From positions 19,964,001 through 20,028,000 of the forward strand of contig JBHGNT010000010.1 of the NCBI GenBank assembly GCA_043228905.1: a stretch of DNA of 64,000 nucleotides, read 5' to 3'. The DNA comes from Azolla caroliniana (lineage: Eukaryota > Plantae > Polypodiophyta). The notes under the pieces were generated by a model that saw nothing but the letters and a program-made list of their open reading frames with translations, did no database searches and was not told the origin of the DNA. Shown here piece by piece: positions 10,690 through 24,171 of this stretch; the stretch's first letter is position 1; each line of letters begins with the position of its first letter. Made by a program: the position numbers and the translations under genes.

Positions 10690-12480
10690 GAAATCTTGTG
10701 GCAACATGGGAGATATATAGAGAGGGAACAAATTTTTCTATTTCGTCAAAATGGATGAGCTCATTAAAAACTGAAAATGATAATATTTTTACACATGGCT
10801 TTCAAATGAGGTGCTTTGGACCTCACTCATTACAGGATATGTAAAGAATGGCTAAGATAAAGAAGCATAGAATTATGTTCAACTTATGCAAGTTTAGGGT
10901 ATCTTTCTCAATCCTTTAGCTCTGATTTCTATCTTAATAATAGGTGGACATGCACGTGTTGTTAGCAGAGGCCAAGATATGGATGTGGTGATAACAAAGA
11001 AAGGATTAATTGAAAGTAATGTGATTGTTGGAACTGTCTTGCTGAATATGTATATGAAATGTGACTTTCTTGTGGAGACACTCAAGACTGCACTGATTTC
11101 AAATGCTTTTATATGGCACTTACTGTTGGGAGACAGGTCCCTCCGGATGGGAAGGGAGAAGAACAGTGCCGACGAACAAACTCGGCCGAGGCCGATAGGC
11201 CGAGGCCGAAACGGTATGAGGAGTACCTGGCTACGGAGAGCCGGATGATACAGGCCCGGTACGAACCGGATGAGGAGTACCCAGCTACGGAGAGCCGGAT
11301 GGTGCAGACCCGGTACGAACCGGATGAGGAGTACCCGGCTATGGAGAGCCGGATGGTGCAGACCCGGTATGAATCGGAGGAAGAGACATATTCGTAAATA
11401 TGTTTCTGAGAGCCCATCGTGGCTATATTTGTAAATAGCCGAAAAGTCATATTAGTATAAATATGACTTAGGGCAAACTAATATGTTGTTGTTGTTACTT
11501 TTCTTGTTGGTGCAAGAAGAAGAGAGAGCACGTAATAGTGTACAGAGAGAGAGAGAGAGAAAGAGGTCATAGCCTCTGTTGTAACCGCCGCCTGTGGCGA
11601 AGAGCGTGAGTCCGAGGTCGTTGCCTCCGAGAACTCACTGTTATGTACATTCATACATAGTGACAGTTTGCAGCCTGTGGGCTGCCGTGGTTTTTCCCCT
11701 AGTTTGGGGTTTTCCACGTAAACCTCATGTGTAGTGTGTGTACCATTTCTCCTCTTTGTGTCGCATTTCATTACCTGTTTTTCTGTGTATGAAAAGAATC
11801 TCGGTTGTGGCCGAGCGTCGGACATAAGGAACGTTGAGTTCTCGTCACTTACATATGCATTCAAAAGATATATCTTTGAATGTCATCACATTGTTTGTGG
11901 CTTGAAAACATGTGGAAGTTTTCGAGTAGTAGAAAAAGAATAAGAAGTGCACAACCGTATTTGAAAATAGGGTTTGGAAAATGATCTTGTAATCACTAAT
12001 ATGCTAATTGATATGTATGCAGAATTCCATTTCTTCTTATGAGATGGATGGAGTCATTGAAACAAGTGGGGGGAGGATGCTTTTATATGGCACTTAGGTA
12101 TGCATTTAGAAGAATTCCATTTCTTCTTGTGAAATGGATGGAGTCATTGTTCTTCAAATCTTGCATTCAAGATGTGATTTTCATGTTTGAACACATCTGA
12201 TCTAAAAGAAAGGAAAAGAACCCCATATTGTCATCACTCAGCCAGGTATCAACTTGGATATGTATGCAACATGTGGAAGTTTATCGGATGCATAAAAATT
12301 GTTCAATGGGTTGAGATCCCTCAAAGTGGGTGCCGATCACATGGCTTTATATGAAGGCATGCTCATACATGCTAAATCAGGGATCGAGGCATACAAAATG
12401 ACCTCTATACCATAATGCTTTGCTTGAGTTTTATGTTGAATGTGGAAAATAGAGGATGCTTGGTCATTGTAAATGTGGTG
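10690..12480 (+). pseudogene. PLS-class pentatricopeptide repeat pseudogene, interrupted by a solo LTR
   Basis: Fragments LKSCGNMG, VLWTSLITGYVKNG, GTVLLNMYMKC, GLKTCGS, NMLIDMYA, LDMYATCGSLSDA with many stops; boundaries approximate. Confidence 0.75.
11124..11847 (+). repeat. Solo LTR of copia family C
   Basis: TGTTGGGAGAC...CTCGTCA, perfect TSD CTTAC, homologous to LTRs at 40537 and 54401. Confidence 0.95.
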
Positions 12481-15400
12481 GTAAATTGGATGCATGTAAA
12501 GTTTTTCAAGGATTAGATGACCCAAATGTGGTATCTGGATAAGTTGAATATGAACATGATGAGGAAGATTGATTTGCTTCGAGTATATGCAAATTCATGG
12601 TATGTCTCAACTATTGAGGAGGTGCTTTCAATCAAGTCTATCAAACGAAGGATTCACAGCTAGCCACTTCCTTTCCATCTATTTTGTATTTTGTAGCTGA
12701 TATGCTTTTTGAAACTAATGGAAGGATATGTTTTCTTGAAAAAAGAAAAAAGAAAACTAATATATTTTGAAGTGCATATAATAAATTTTCCTTTCAAAAT
12801 GATGGGTAATCATATATTTTACACCTCAACAATGACCTCTTCATATTTTTTTTTGACCTTAAAAATATGGTTGTTTAACAAAAAAACATGATAACGATCA
12901 TCAATATACTACCTTGATGTGAGAGGAAGCATTTCTTCATAATCTTGATCTTGGGGATCTATAAGTGTGTGGTGGAGACATTCCTTGAAGGAGGTTGATC
13001 TATAAAAAATGGTGATTATTAGTGCATGTTCACGAAGGGAGAAAAAGAAGAATGTGATTTGGATTGAATCTCAATTGTTGAGCCTCCTTGAAGATGGCAA
13101 CGAGAATATAGGCATTGGCCAATATCCACCCTTAACTGGCAAATTATTCTTAACAATCCCCTTGGAGTTGATAACATGGATGGCTAAAGGATTAAAACCT
13201 ATTTGCATTACAGACTTATTAGTTTTTGTACGAAACATAAAAATTGGAACATTCTTGATTCAGTAAAAATTGAAGTTATTTCACATATACCCTTAAAGCA
13301 TTTCCAAAAATTGTGTTAAAGCCCTAGATTTGTTACATTAAAAAAGGTATTTTTTTCCAAAAAACACGTGAAATCAACATCAATTATATGAAATCTATAA
13401 GAAGCACTTGATAAATCCAATGGACAAACCAATCTTCAAAAGTTCAATGCATATTTGATAATGTATAAAAAACACACATTTGACATCAAAACCGTAAACT
13501 ATGTTTTCTATCACCCATAAAAATAATAGTCACATAATTCGGCATATACATAGTATGTGTTGTCCTCATATGTATCGATCCTAATGTCATCACAAAGTTT
13601 GACAAATTTTCTTCATAGGTTGGCATCACATCTTGTGCACAAACTTGTATACATCTACTTACTAAAGATTTATCATTCATTAATTAGGATCGACAAGTGC
13701 ATTGCCTCAATTGGATTGTGATCATGAGTCATGGCCTCAAATATTTAGTAAACTCTCATGTAGCCCCTATAAAAATATTTGTTATCTCATAGGTTTGGAA
13801 ACCTAAAATTAGCTTTTGAAAATTTCGAAGGTTTCAAGAATTCCAAGTAAGTTCATCCTAAAACTTCTATGTTCAAAGATGATTTATGTTCTTAGTGAGA
13901 GGAAGTTTAGATTGTCAATGCTCTTTGCATTTGGAGTTGTAGCGTGAAACAATATGGTGTGTTTTCTCTAAAAGGACAATTCCAAAAGTTCACTGATGGA
14001 ATCATCTTTCCTATTGGTTGAAACTTGACACCAAATCATTTTGGGAATATCTCAAATGCTTCAAAATTGAATCAAGAAGTTGCCTAATGCACAACACTTC
14101 AAATGTAAAACATTACAATATTAGCTGAAGTTATGCCCTAAAAAATGGTCGATTTGTTGGATTTTAATCTATTCAATTAAAATTCTTGTACATATAAATT
14201 GTTTAGACAGCTATTGTAAACGAAATACCTCATGAAATACCTAGTGCTTTGTACTCTCCATTGCATTATGTACAAAAAGTAAAAGCTCATAAAACGTCTC
14301 GCTTGTGCACTTTCTACACAAAAAGGCTTCATTTGAGAGAAATTTAAAGCAATTCACTTTCATAGCATTCATATTTTACGCTCTTTAAAAACAAATGTAC
14401 ACACAATTGTTCATTGAGGTGGAGTGTATTAGGTAGGTTATATGAAACAAAAAAAGAGTTAATGAAATCCTTGAAAACAAATGAAGATATACATGGATTC
14501 AAAAGTAGGGATAGTTTTGCCAAGTGTGTAACAATGATCTCATCACCCTTAGAAAAAAGAGGATGACCCATGTAGATTAACAACACGTGTTGGTGTGGGC
14601 TATTGAGAAGTTTATATCTATAGTGTGGGCGTCTATAAAGTGGAGTGTCCAAATCTCGGTTTCAACGGGTGTTTGGTCCAGTAGTTTGAGGTAGACTTTT
14701 GAGTATCTGAAGTCTTGGGGATTATAACATAATTGTCACATGGGACTACATAGCCCCCACATTTATGGACGTATTTTGATTGAGATGAGGGGTGTCATGG
14801 AAACCCTCATTGATTTTGTGGTGGGCTGATAGGATATCGTAGTCCATCTACTATTATAATTCAACTTTTGTAATTAATACACTACTCTTTATGAAAAAAA
14901 GATAGTGTGTGTATTTGTATGTACATTTCGAGAATTTCAAAAAGTGACAGATAGTTTGGAGGGCCCAATAAAAAATAAACTTATAGTGGTAACACTTGTT
15001 GTTTGTACTTTGTTGCATTTGATATATTCGTTATAAACTTTGTCATACTTGTCAATTGGGCTCAAGAAGAGTAAATATTTCAAGTCATGTTTTTTACGTT
15101 GGGATTATGTATGCTATGGTTTGCTCCTAAACCTACAACTTCATGAATCCTATTTCCAAAGGTTCCTCGATCTCTTTGGGGATTCTTATCGTCTTAAGGT
15201 TTTTCTTCACAAGTTTTGCATTGTCGTTGTCTTTCTATCATTCCCCAACCATCTCGCCTTTCAAAACTTGGCCATGCCTAAAAAGGTGTGTCATCCTATT
15301 CCGTTCAATTGATTTTGTAGGATGAGGTTTACATTAAGATGTGGAAGAATGCAACATTAACAAGGTGAAGGTTTGCATGTCAATATGTGCTTCTCCATTA

Positions 15401-15939
15401 GTTGGTTGCACGGCAAACTCTAAACTAATAAACATGACACATGATGAACTCTTATTAAGTTCCTAACGCTTTAATAAGGCAATGATTGGTTTGATTGGCT
15501 GCCGCTTCAATATTGTTTTTGATGGCAGTGATATATGTATATGCAACCATGAGACACTCATATACATGTGGATGAGAGGTCTTCCACTAAAATGCTAGGC
15601 AATTGCCCATGTGTGAACACAATGAATAACTCTAGGGCATTGACTGCATGTTGGATGGTTAAAAGAAGAGTTAGTGTTATGTATGTTGATCGAGCATGAG
15701 AAGACATCACAAGTTAACCTGTTATTCGGGTGGTAGGGACACAAAGTTCGGGAAGCTGTGCACCAGGGTGCAATGCTATGAATGCAATGGAGGTGGACGT
15801 TGTGGACTGGGGCGCAATGCTATGAATATCGAGAATGCAAGGTTGTCGGAATGTGACCCGTGAGACAAGGACCCTCACCTAGGCCCTACACACACATACA
15901 AGTCTTCATATCATTCAGTACATTAAACCTAATTTATGG

Positions 15940-16020
15940 ACTCTCTCTCTCTCTCTCTTATACATATACATATACATATACAGTATACTGGTATACAATC
16001 TACATACATATATATATATT
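15940..16020. repeat. (CT)n and (TACATA)n/(TA)n microsatellites upstream of the gene
   Basis: Direct reading. Confidence 0.8.
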
Positions 16021-16137
16021 GTGTTATCTTTTTCCCTTATTTCTCCCTAATTCCACACACTTAGATCTTCATATGTATATATATATATTATCTTTTCCCC
16101 TTGCTTCTCCTTCATTCCAGACACAGAGATCTATTTC

Positions 16138-17208
16138 ATGAGAGGGAAGGGAAGGGAAGGTGCCATGAGCTCCAATGGTGCACATCCATGGCTTCTCTAT
16201 GGCCTCATCATCATGCTCTCCTCATATGTTGTGGTCGATCTCATCTCCAACACCTTCCACCCCTCCAGCACCACCACGGGGAGCGGTCTCCCCGCCGTCA
16301 ACATTTTCCAAGACACCCCATGCACAGGCCTTGCAAAGGAGCCAATCCCGGTGGTGCCGGAGCCCCCGCAATGCCGAACCCTCGAAGGCCACATGGAGGA
16401 GGTGTCCATCACTACATTGGCATGGGAAATGAAGAAGGAGGAGGATCCGTGGCGCCAGATGAAGTGGACGGGGAGATCGGCCGCGTGCCGTGTGAAAGGG
16501 CACCTCATTGAGAAGCTCGAGCCCGAGAACAACTTCCGGAGGGGGTTCGCGCTCCGCTTCGTTGACGACGTGGAGGACAAGACCCACCTCCTCCCGTGGC
16601 TCCTCGCTACCCGAGAAGACCTCAATTCCGCGGCCCGCCGGGTCTACCTAGACCTCGGGGCCAACGCATTCTCCACGAGCATCACGTGGTTCATGCGCAT
16701 GTACCCGTGCGACTTCACCGAGGTCCACGCCTTTGAGATCGACCCCAACCTCCTACGGATCCCGGCCAACGATAGCTTCGTCGAAGACTCCAACTATGCC
16801 GACCCAAACCAGATCGCACGCCGCGTCAAGTCGAAACCCGGCGTGCCCTCGTGGATGCTCCCGCGGATCCATGTGTACAATGCGTTCGTGAGTGATGATG
16901 CCCAAGACATCAACAACAAGTCGGTCGACATCACACGGTTCATCAAGGAGGAGCTCCGCTTGTCTCCCCAAGACACTGTGGTCGTGAAGATGGACATCGA
17001 GGGGAGCGAGTGGCCCATCCTCCGGCACTGGATGGACGACCCCGACATGGCTGCCATTATCGATGAGCTCTTCGTAGAGGTGCACTACGATCACCCAAGC
17101 ATGCACGCTTATCACTGGGCGAGGTTCGCGCCCACCACTCGCGATGATGCCTTCCGATTCCTCGCCGAGTTGAGGTGGCGCGGCTTTTTCGTGCATCCGT
17201 GGCCGTGA
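16138..17208 (+). CDS. Intronless FkbM-like (Methyltransf_21) SAM-dependent methyltransferase with N-terminal membrane anchor
   Basis: 356-aa open frame with strong GC3 bias in an AT-rich region; hydrophobic WLLYGLIIMLSSYVVVDLI; VYLDLGAN, VHAFE, VVKMDIEGSE, IDELFVEVH motifs; start could be the second Met. Confidence 0.85.
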   Translation: MRGKGREGAMSSNGAHPWLLYGLIIMLSSYVVVDLISNTFHPSSTTTGSGLPAVNIFQDTPCTGLAKEPIPVVPEPPQCRTLEGHMEEVSITTLAWEMKKEEDPWRQMKWTGRSAACRVKGHLIEKLEPENNFRRGFALRFVDDVEDKTHLLPWLLATREDLNSAARRVYLDLGANAFSTSITWFMRMYPCDFTEVHAFEIDPNLLRIPANDSFVEDSNYADPNQIARRVKSKPGVPSWMLPRIHVYNAFVSDDAQDINNKSVDITRFIKEELRLSPQDTVVVKMDIEGSEWPILRHWMDDPDMAAIIDELFVEVHYDHPSMHAYHWARFAPTTRDDAFRFLAELRWRGFFVHPWP

Positions 17209-18759
17209 GAGGATCGGCCCGTCCGAACACACACACACACAACACACCCGAAGGGGGGGGCATTTCTTTTCCTCATGGTATCTCTAGCATCATCGCCTGA
17301 GTCATATTATTTCCCAAAGAATCATATTTTAAACCATTGCTCTTGGGTCAAGAATCATATTTTTAACCATTGCTCTTGGGTCTTTATAGGCAAGTTATAA
17401 AATAAATCTTGGAGTTCCCATTTTGTTTGGTTAACTGATCTGTGTTTGTGCACCCACGATCGAAGGAGCCCCGTTTCCAAATTCATACCTACGTACAATA
17501 TAGTTTGTGAGACTTCAAAGACATCTTGCCCTAGGGATCAGCTCCATTGTGTCTTTGTGTTGCTAAAAGATAGATATATATCTTTTTAAGATCCATTGGA
17601 GAATCGATAGTGCGATCTATGAGACGGGGCCTAGCCGGTGGTGAGCATTAAACCTTGGGTTATCTCCATTTTATGGCCTTATGCTATGGCATCAACCACT
17701 ACTTCCTCTTACCATTGTTTTGTTCTTGCGGGGGTTTTGGTGGCTTGAAATAATTTAGGTGTTCCTCATATTGGTGGCTCAATTGTGTACCCATTTGTTT
17801 GTTGTTCCCATATTGGATGTTTGGTTTTTCCAAATTCTAGATTTATATAAGTGTAGTGGTCGTGTAATTTGCCCTAGGCACCTTGCGAATAACATGACAA
17901 ACAAATTGTGTCTGCTAGTAGGTGAGAGTATATTGCTCCATGCCCATGCCACAATGGCGGAATTTTAACTTTCACAAATCCATCATCATTATGAGGATTG
18001 CTTTCACTATTACACAACTGATACAACCATGAAATGGAATTGTACACATGCACTTTGTGACTTTAGTTGGATGTCTCGTGAACATGGTTGTAGGTCGGGA
18101 TTTTTTTTAGAAATGATTGTCATGTCTCGAAGACTTCTGATGCATAGACACAAACATCACATGTTTATCATTGTTCTAGAAACTCTTGTAAGGTCCAAAT
18201 TTGTCCCAGAGAGAGAGAGAGATAAGGTGTCATTTAGTGGGTAAATCTTGTAAACCCAATGACTCGTAAAAAAGTAATAGTTTGTCGATTGATGTGAAAG
18301 CAACAAGACCTTACACTCGGGTTTTGCACTTTCACAAATGATGACTTCTAAGCTATTTTATATATGTCATCGATTTGATGTGTTATACTAGATACAAAAT
18401 TGGATAACATTGGGCATGGTCACTCTTTCCTTTTATGAGGGAAACATTAGCCATTGCTTTTCTTATAGGTATTTTGTATCAAATTGTAGTGCCACGTGGA
18501 GGGCTTCATCCATGGGGTTTCTTTTATGGAAGCAAGGTATACTTAATTGAGTAAGCTAACAAAAAATATGTTTGCTTTACAAGGTTATTTCTTTCTCATA
18601 AGATTCACCTTGGTATTAATTGAAAGATGCCCAAAGGCTACAAAGAACTCATACATGAAAACACAACCACGATAACCACATCAACCAACATGTCTAATAG
18701 CAAAAGCCCAAATGCAACTACCTTAGAAATTGCATTTACACATCTAAAATTAGGATTCT

Positions 18760-19030
18760 TCCATAATGGGGGTGGAAAGAGCCACCTCGGTGGGGCATAT
18801 TTCCACTTCATTCTCTCCCCAAAAGAGGTGAGGACCTTTGCCTTTGTCCAGATTTCTCTAAAATATTGTTGCTTACGAAACACAACATCACGCTCACCAA
18901 TTATTGCTTCATATTGAACTCTTACAATATTCAAAAGCATCAACCATATCTCCTTGACTAATTCAACCACATTATGTTATAGCTTTAGGAATTAGGTAGA
19001 CTATTACATCTAAACATGGTGCAGTGATAT
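18760..19030 (-). mobile_element. LINE ORF2 C-terminal remnant
   Basis: LVKEIWLMLL...WKYAPPRWLFPPP parallels the end of the LINE at 10370-10567. Confidence 0.6.
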
Positions 19031-20486
19031 CCGAAGGTTCAATATGTAAATATTTGATTGATAGATGGGAAGTTCAATAATCCCCAAGATAAGAGTATGT
19101 AGGAAACTCTTTTTCGAAAGCAATATACGCATATTTAAGGCAATGTAGTAATTTTCTACACATAATGTTGAATATGGTTCAATAAATTTTACATGTGATA
19201 ATTGTGTTGATATTGTTATAACTTATATAGGATCATTATACGATTGATTAATGTAACGTCCAGATATTTTCCCACCTAAAAGAGTAATTTATGAGAAGTG
19301 ATCCATTTTGTATATTATTGGAAGGCATGAACTAAAGAAATGGGCAACAATATAAAAAAAAAAAAGATTGAATGGTCAACAACGAAATGAAGTCTTTTTG
19401 GATACCAATATTCATAAATGGGAGAGTGATATTTCAAAGCAATTTATGTACACTTTCTTAAGCATACTACTTAATCATTATTATGAGTTGGAGACTCGAT
19501 CAAGGTTTTAGAATTGACTTTGAAAGACATTAGCTGGTTTCAAACTGGTGAGGGCATGGGGCATTGCCTTCTTAGAGAGTAAGAGAAAAAAAGATTTTTT
19601 GGCTGCCCTTGAAGGTCAAAGATATCGTAAGGACAAAAATCGAAAAAGATATTTTGTATGGGTCGGTATATGTCTCAAATTGTTACAATTTTTTTATAGT
19701 AAGCATTGCAATCAAGAGTGCCACACGGTGATTGAGAGAGAAAGGTGGTGATGGGAATAGGTAAATGCTGAGAATACATGAGAAAAACAATGTTGAATGT
19801 GATCGAAGGTGGAGCATGGTAGAACTTTCTTGGGGTAAAACACACAATCAATGAATTTCATGCGATTCAGAGAAGAAGATAGTTTTGTGCAACATGTATG
19901 GTATAATGTGTGAAGCCTAAGCCATAACATTCTCTTCCAAATTGTGATGAATTCGTGTTACAAAAATATCTTAGTGCATCGAAAATCTATTTGATGCATC
20001 ATGAAGCATGTGTAATGCGAACCATCACCCAAACCATTTCTACCTTTTTGAATAAACATAATGAAAATCTTGGACACAATATTGGGGCCTTTCAAGCTTT
20101 GAAACGTGCGAAAATGCTTCTCCCTCAACCAACAGGAAATAGATCCGTTAGGGAAGTTTTGGAGATGTCACTCATAGAAAATGCCATATCTCTCACATCA
20201 CAAGGATGGACTGCAACAATTCCACACACATCAAGATATGGTTTAGAATATTTAAGTGGGAGTGCTTTCATCTTGCTTTTGTTATTCTTCCATGATACAA
20301 TGTTGGTAGGAAAAATGATATTGGAAACACATATTATTGACTTGGAAAACTCTAGTAATCATTGTCGTTTGAGTGTCAATAACTACAAACCAAAATAGTC
20401 TACGATAATTCTTGCAATCTGTACAAAATAATGAGTCCCTTCAAACATTGGCCTCAAGGTTCTCTCAAATCATAGATGGAATCATA

Positions 20487-20710
20487 TGTTGGTTGGTGTT
20501 AGAGCTAGGTAGTAATGTAAGCATGAGATAAGGATATAATAGATATAAAATAGGAGAGGAGAGAGAGAAAGAAGAGTGCCGATCCTCCCGACCACCCCCG
20601 AGCGAAGGGATCAAGATGGACTCGAGCCTTGATCGGCGTTCCATACCACCGCCGTGGTGACGAGTCGTACCTGGTGCTGGTGTGCTCGCTATAAGAGTTG
20701 CCCAATATTT
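20487..20710 (+). repeat. Possible LTR fragment
   Basis: Starts TGTTG, TATA-like and GA-rich tract, abrupt composition change; no partner in the window. Confidence 0.35.
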
Positions 20711-20740
20711 CACAAAATAATTGTCATCAAGATACTTTCC

Positions 20741-23085
20741 TCAAAGGTTATCATAAAGATCTGATGTTATTTCAGTGAAGCTAAGCATGTTAACTTCATG
20801 GATGCGTTTCAGTGCATCAACAACTGTGTTCATGGAACCTTTACGATATTGTATAGAAAAACCTTGGATAAGATCAACCCATCGTGCCTTACGACCTTTT
20901 AGGTCTTGTTGGTCACAAAAATATTTCAAGGACTCGCGGTTCGTCGTTACCACAAAATGATTTCCATAAAGATAATGGCGCCATGTCTTGGGCGCATGAA
21001 TAACTACAAATAATTCCTTTTGTTGCACGGTATACTGACACTGAGCAGAATCAAGTTTCTTACTTTCAAATGCTATTGGGTTACCATCTTGATATAAGAC
21101 AACACCTATCGCATAATCGCTTGCATCGGTTTCAAGCTGAAAAGGTTTTGAAGGATCTGGTAAAAGAAGTGAAGGAGCCTTGTATACCAGGTCCTTTAGT
21201 TCCTTAAAGGCGAGGTCTAGTGTAGCACTCCATACAATAGGTTTTGTAGACTTACGCGTTTGACCTTTCAGAAGATTAGTAAACGACGTCGTCAAGTGAG
21301 AGTAATTACGAAGAGATTTTCACAAAAGCTTGACAAACCCAAGGAATGATTGAAATTCTCGAATATTCCAAAGAGTGGGCCAAAGTTTGACTTTCTTGGT
21401 GCGAGAAGGATCAATTTCAACTCCTCGTTAGGTTATGAGATGCCCAAGATAAGTAATTAATTTCTTGAAGAACATGCATTTTGAGATCTTTGCGTAGAAT
21501 TGCTTGTCACGCAATGTTTGTAAAACAATGCGGACATGTTTAGCATGTTCTTATAATGTACAGATATAAACTAGAATATCATCCAAGAAAATAACGACAA
21601 ATTTTCCAAGTTGTTCTTGGAAATGTCATTCATTTCTTGTCGAAATGTGGCCGGAGCATTGGTCAAACCGAAAGGCATGACCAAAAACTCATAATGGCCA
21701 TAGCGCATATGAAATGTCGTTTTCGGAACACCTTCTTCACTTATACGAATTTGATGGTAGCCCATACAAAGATAAAGTTTCGTAAAATATCGAGCTCCCT
21801 CGAGACGGTCAATTAGATTGTCAGGCCAGGGCAATGGATATGAATTCTTGATTGTCACTTTATTCAAGCGTTGGTAATTGATACACATATGCCCCCCCCT
21901 TTTTTTTTACCAAGAGAATAGGTGCACCCCATGGAGATTTACTATAATGTATATAACCCATTTGTAAATAGTCCTTGAGTTTCTTAGATACCTCATCCTC
22001 TTCGGATTGACTTAAGCGATACAGAGGTATACGTATTGGTGGAACCCTAGGTACAATATCTATACGATGGTCTATATTATGTTTAGGATGTAACCCATGT
22101 GGTAGTTCACTCGTGAAAACATCACGAAAATCATTTAAGATTTCATTGAGTTGTTGTTTAAAATATGATAAATGACCTGAGACACTATCGATATTATAAA
22201 TGTGAATGTTTGGATCAATACACAATAGAATAAAGAAGAACAAGACAACTCAAATATTGATGGAGAGGAAATAAACGAAAGAGATTGTTTTTTTACATAT
22301 TGAATTAAATAAGTACAATTGTTTAGTACAAAGGTAATGGAATGGTGAACCCAATCAATAGATAAAGAAGAGTTTTTATTATAAAACCAGGGATAACCCA
22401 ATATTACATCAGTGGTATAAAGATTCATTACATGGAAGTTTACTTCCTCTATATAAGTATCAATAGAAATTCCTAATGAATGAATCACCCTGTTGATGTA
22501 TTGTACTCTTCCATCAGCCAAGTGCACCTTATAGGTGTGATCACTTATGGTGGGTTGCATTCCCCATATCTGAACCAAACGACCATTCACAAAGTTGTGT
22601 GAGCTTCTCGAATCAAATGAGAATTGTATGGGGGATCCATTGATATACCTGTTTGCATGTAGTAAATCATTGGGTCCCAATACATAGTGTGGGAAAGAAA
22701 ATTTACAATTACTCAAATGATGTGTATAGACCTCAAGGACATCAGGAATCTGACCTGTATGGTCTACAACTTTGGTTTTGTTGCGGTGCTCTTTTCGCTG
22801 GAGGTTCCAACATTGCTCTTTTATATGACCCTTCTTTTTGCAGAATACGCAAAAAGGATTTTGTTGCTTACAATCGCGATCCATGAATTCCTGTTGTCTT
22901 GCGTTCCCAACAAATTGCGATTGCTTAGTCTTGGGCCATTCGTGTTTGTTATGGTCCTTCTTCGAAGTGTGTTGATAACGAAGAACAATTTCAACGACGT
23001 CTTCAAAGGATTTTGGATCCTTATCATGCACTATCCAGTGATAGTCCGAATTGGGGATGCTATTGGCAAAACAAGCTATTAACCA
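20741..23085 (-). mobile_element. Degenerate chromovirus-like Ty3/gypsy gag-pol (zinc knuckle, protease, RT, RNase H)
   Basis: CVFCKKKGHIKEQC; FDSRSSHNF; [13 protein letters not shown]; [12 protein letters not shown]; LETDASDYAIG. Confidence 0.9.
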
Positions 23086-23429
23086 ATTGTCCCCTTCTCG
23101 AGCCGATTTTTGGATTTGGGTTCTAGCATGATGAACAAAGCTGAAACCGAGAGACACCGGAAATCCACTGAGATACAAAGTCTGGATCATGGTAAAGGGG
23201 TTTCAACAAAAGAAAGGAGGGATTTCGATGAGATCTTCGCCTTAGTAGTCAAGATGACATCCATCCGGATGGTGTTGAGCATCACGACGAGCATGGACCC
23301 TGAGGTAGAGCAACTAGACGTCAAGAAGACATTCCTACATGGTGACCTCGAAGAAGAGATCTACATGCAACAACTGGAAGGCTTTGTCAAGAAAGAGAAG
23401 GAGAACCTAGTGTGTCGGTTGAAGAAGAA

Positions 23430-23845
23430 TGTCACGGACATGACAACAATCTTGTCATAATTCAAACTCTTGACCTACTGTATTTAATCGATATGTTTTA
23501 ACCAATACATCCAATACATAATCATGTTACTTTACTAGATTATTGTAGATTATCTATTCTACATGTAGAATTTTAGAAGCTTCCAGAAAGCTCTAGAAGC
23601 TAGAACATTCTAGAAGCTTGTGCATGAAAATGTGTCTTTGCATGGGGCTACATTTAGAGCCCATAAACATGTATAAATACAGGGGTTCACCTTGGCCTTA
23701 GTCAAGGTGAACAACACTAGTTACATTATCATAATTCAGTTCTTATTCTCTTGACTACTTTCTCTCTCTCTCTTTCTTATTATCTTGTCTATGATCTCTC
23801 TCTCTCACTCTCTTAGTATTGAGCCTTGTCTACTTGTCCGTGACA
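23430..23845 (+). repeat. Solo LTR with perfect 11-bp terminal inverted repeats
   Basis: TGTCACGGACA...TGTCCGTGACA; flanks aagaa/aagag; TATAAA at about 23673. Confidence 0.9.
23567..23619. promoter_or_regulatory. Heat-shock element array in LTR U3
   Basis: aGAAgcTTCcaGAAa and aGAAcaTTCtaGAAg, about 55-100 bp upstream of the TATA box. Confidence 0.7.
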
Positions 23846-24171
23846 AAGAGCTTATACGGACTGAAGCAAGCTCCCTAACAATGGTACCTGAAATTCGACT
23901 CCTTCATGACCGACCAAGCATACCACTTGATGTAGGCCGACCACTGCGTATTTGTGAAGAAGTTTGGCAGAGGAGACTTCCTGATACTACTGCTGCATGT
24001 GGATGACATGTTGATCGTCAGACGGGACCGTATCAAAATTGGAATGCTGAAGAAGGCTTTGAGCCAGACATTCACAATGAAAGATATGGGTCCGGCAAGA
24101 CAGATCCTAGGGATGCACATGATCTGGGACCGGTCGAAGAAGCAGTTGTGGTTGTCACAAGAAAAGTACGT

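Larger units (their letters stand above)
23190..24171 (+). pseudogene. Copia family C-like RT fragment split by a solo LTR
   Basis: DFDEIFALVVKMTSIR, QLDVK, LLHVDDMLIV match 50823-51794. Confidence 0.9.

Noticed and set aside
12560-15850. Possible DNA-transposon or LINE remnants in the AT-rich region
   Set aside because: No termini, TSDs or protein motifs that I could support
17317-17382. 33-bp tandem duplication downstream of the gene
   Set aside because: Simple local duplication with no sign of function
19548-20460. ORFs of 67 and 147 aa that might be a decayed gene or transposase
   Set aside because: No recognisable motif; needs a tBLASTx/HMM search
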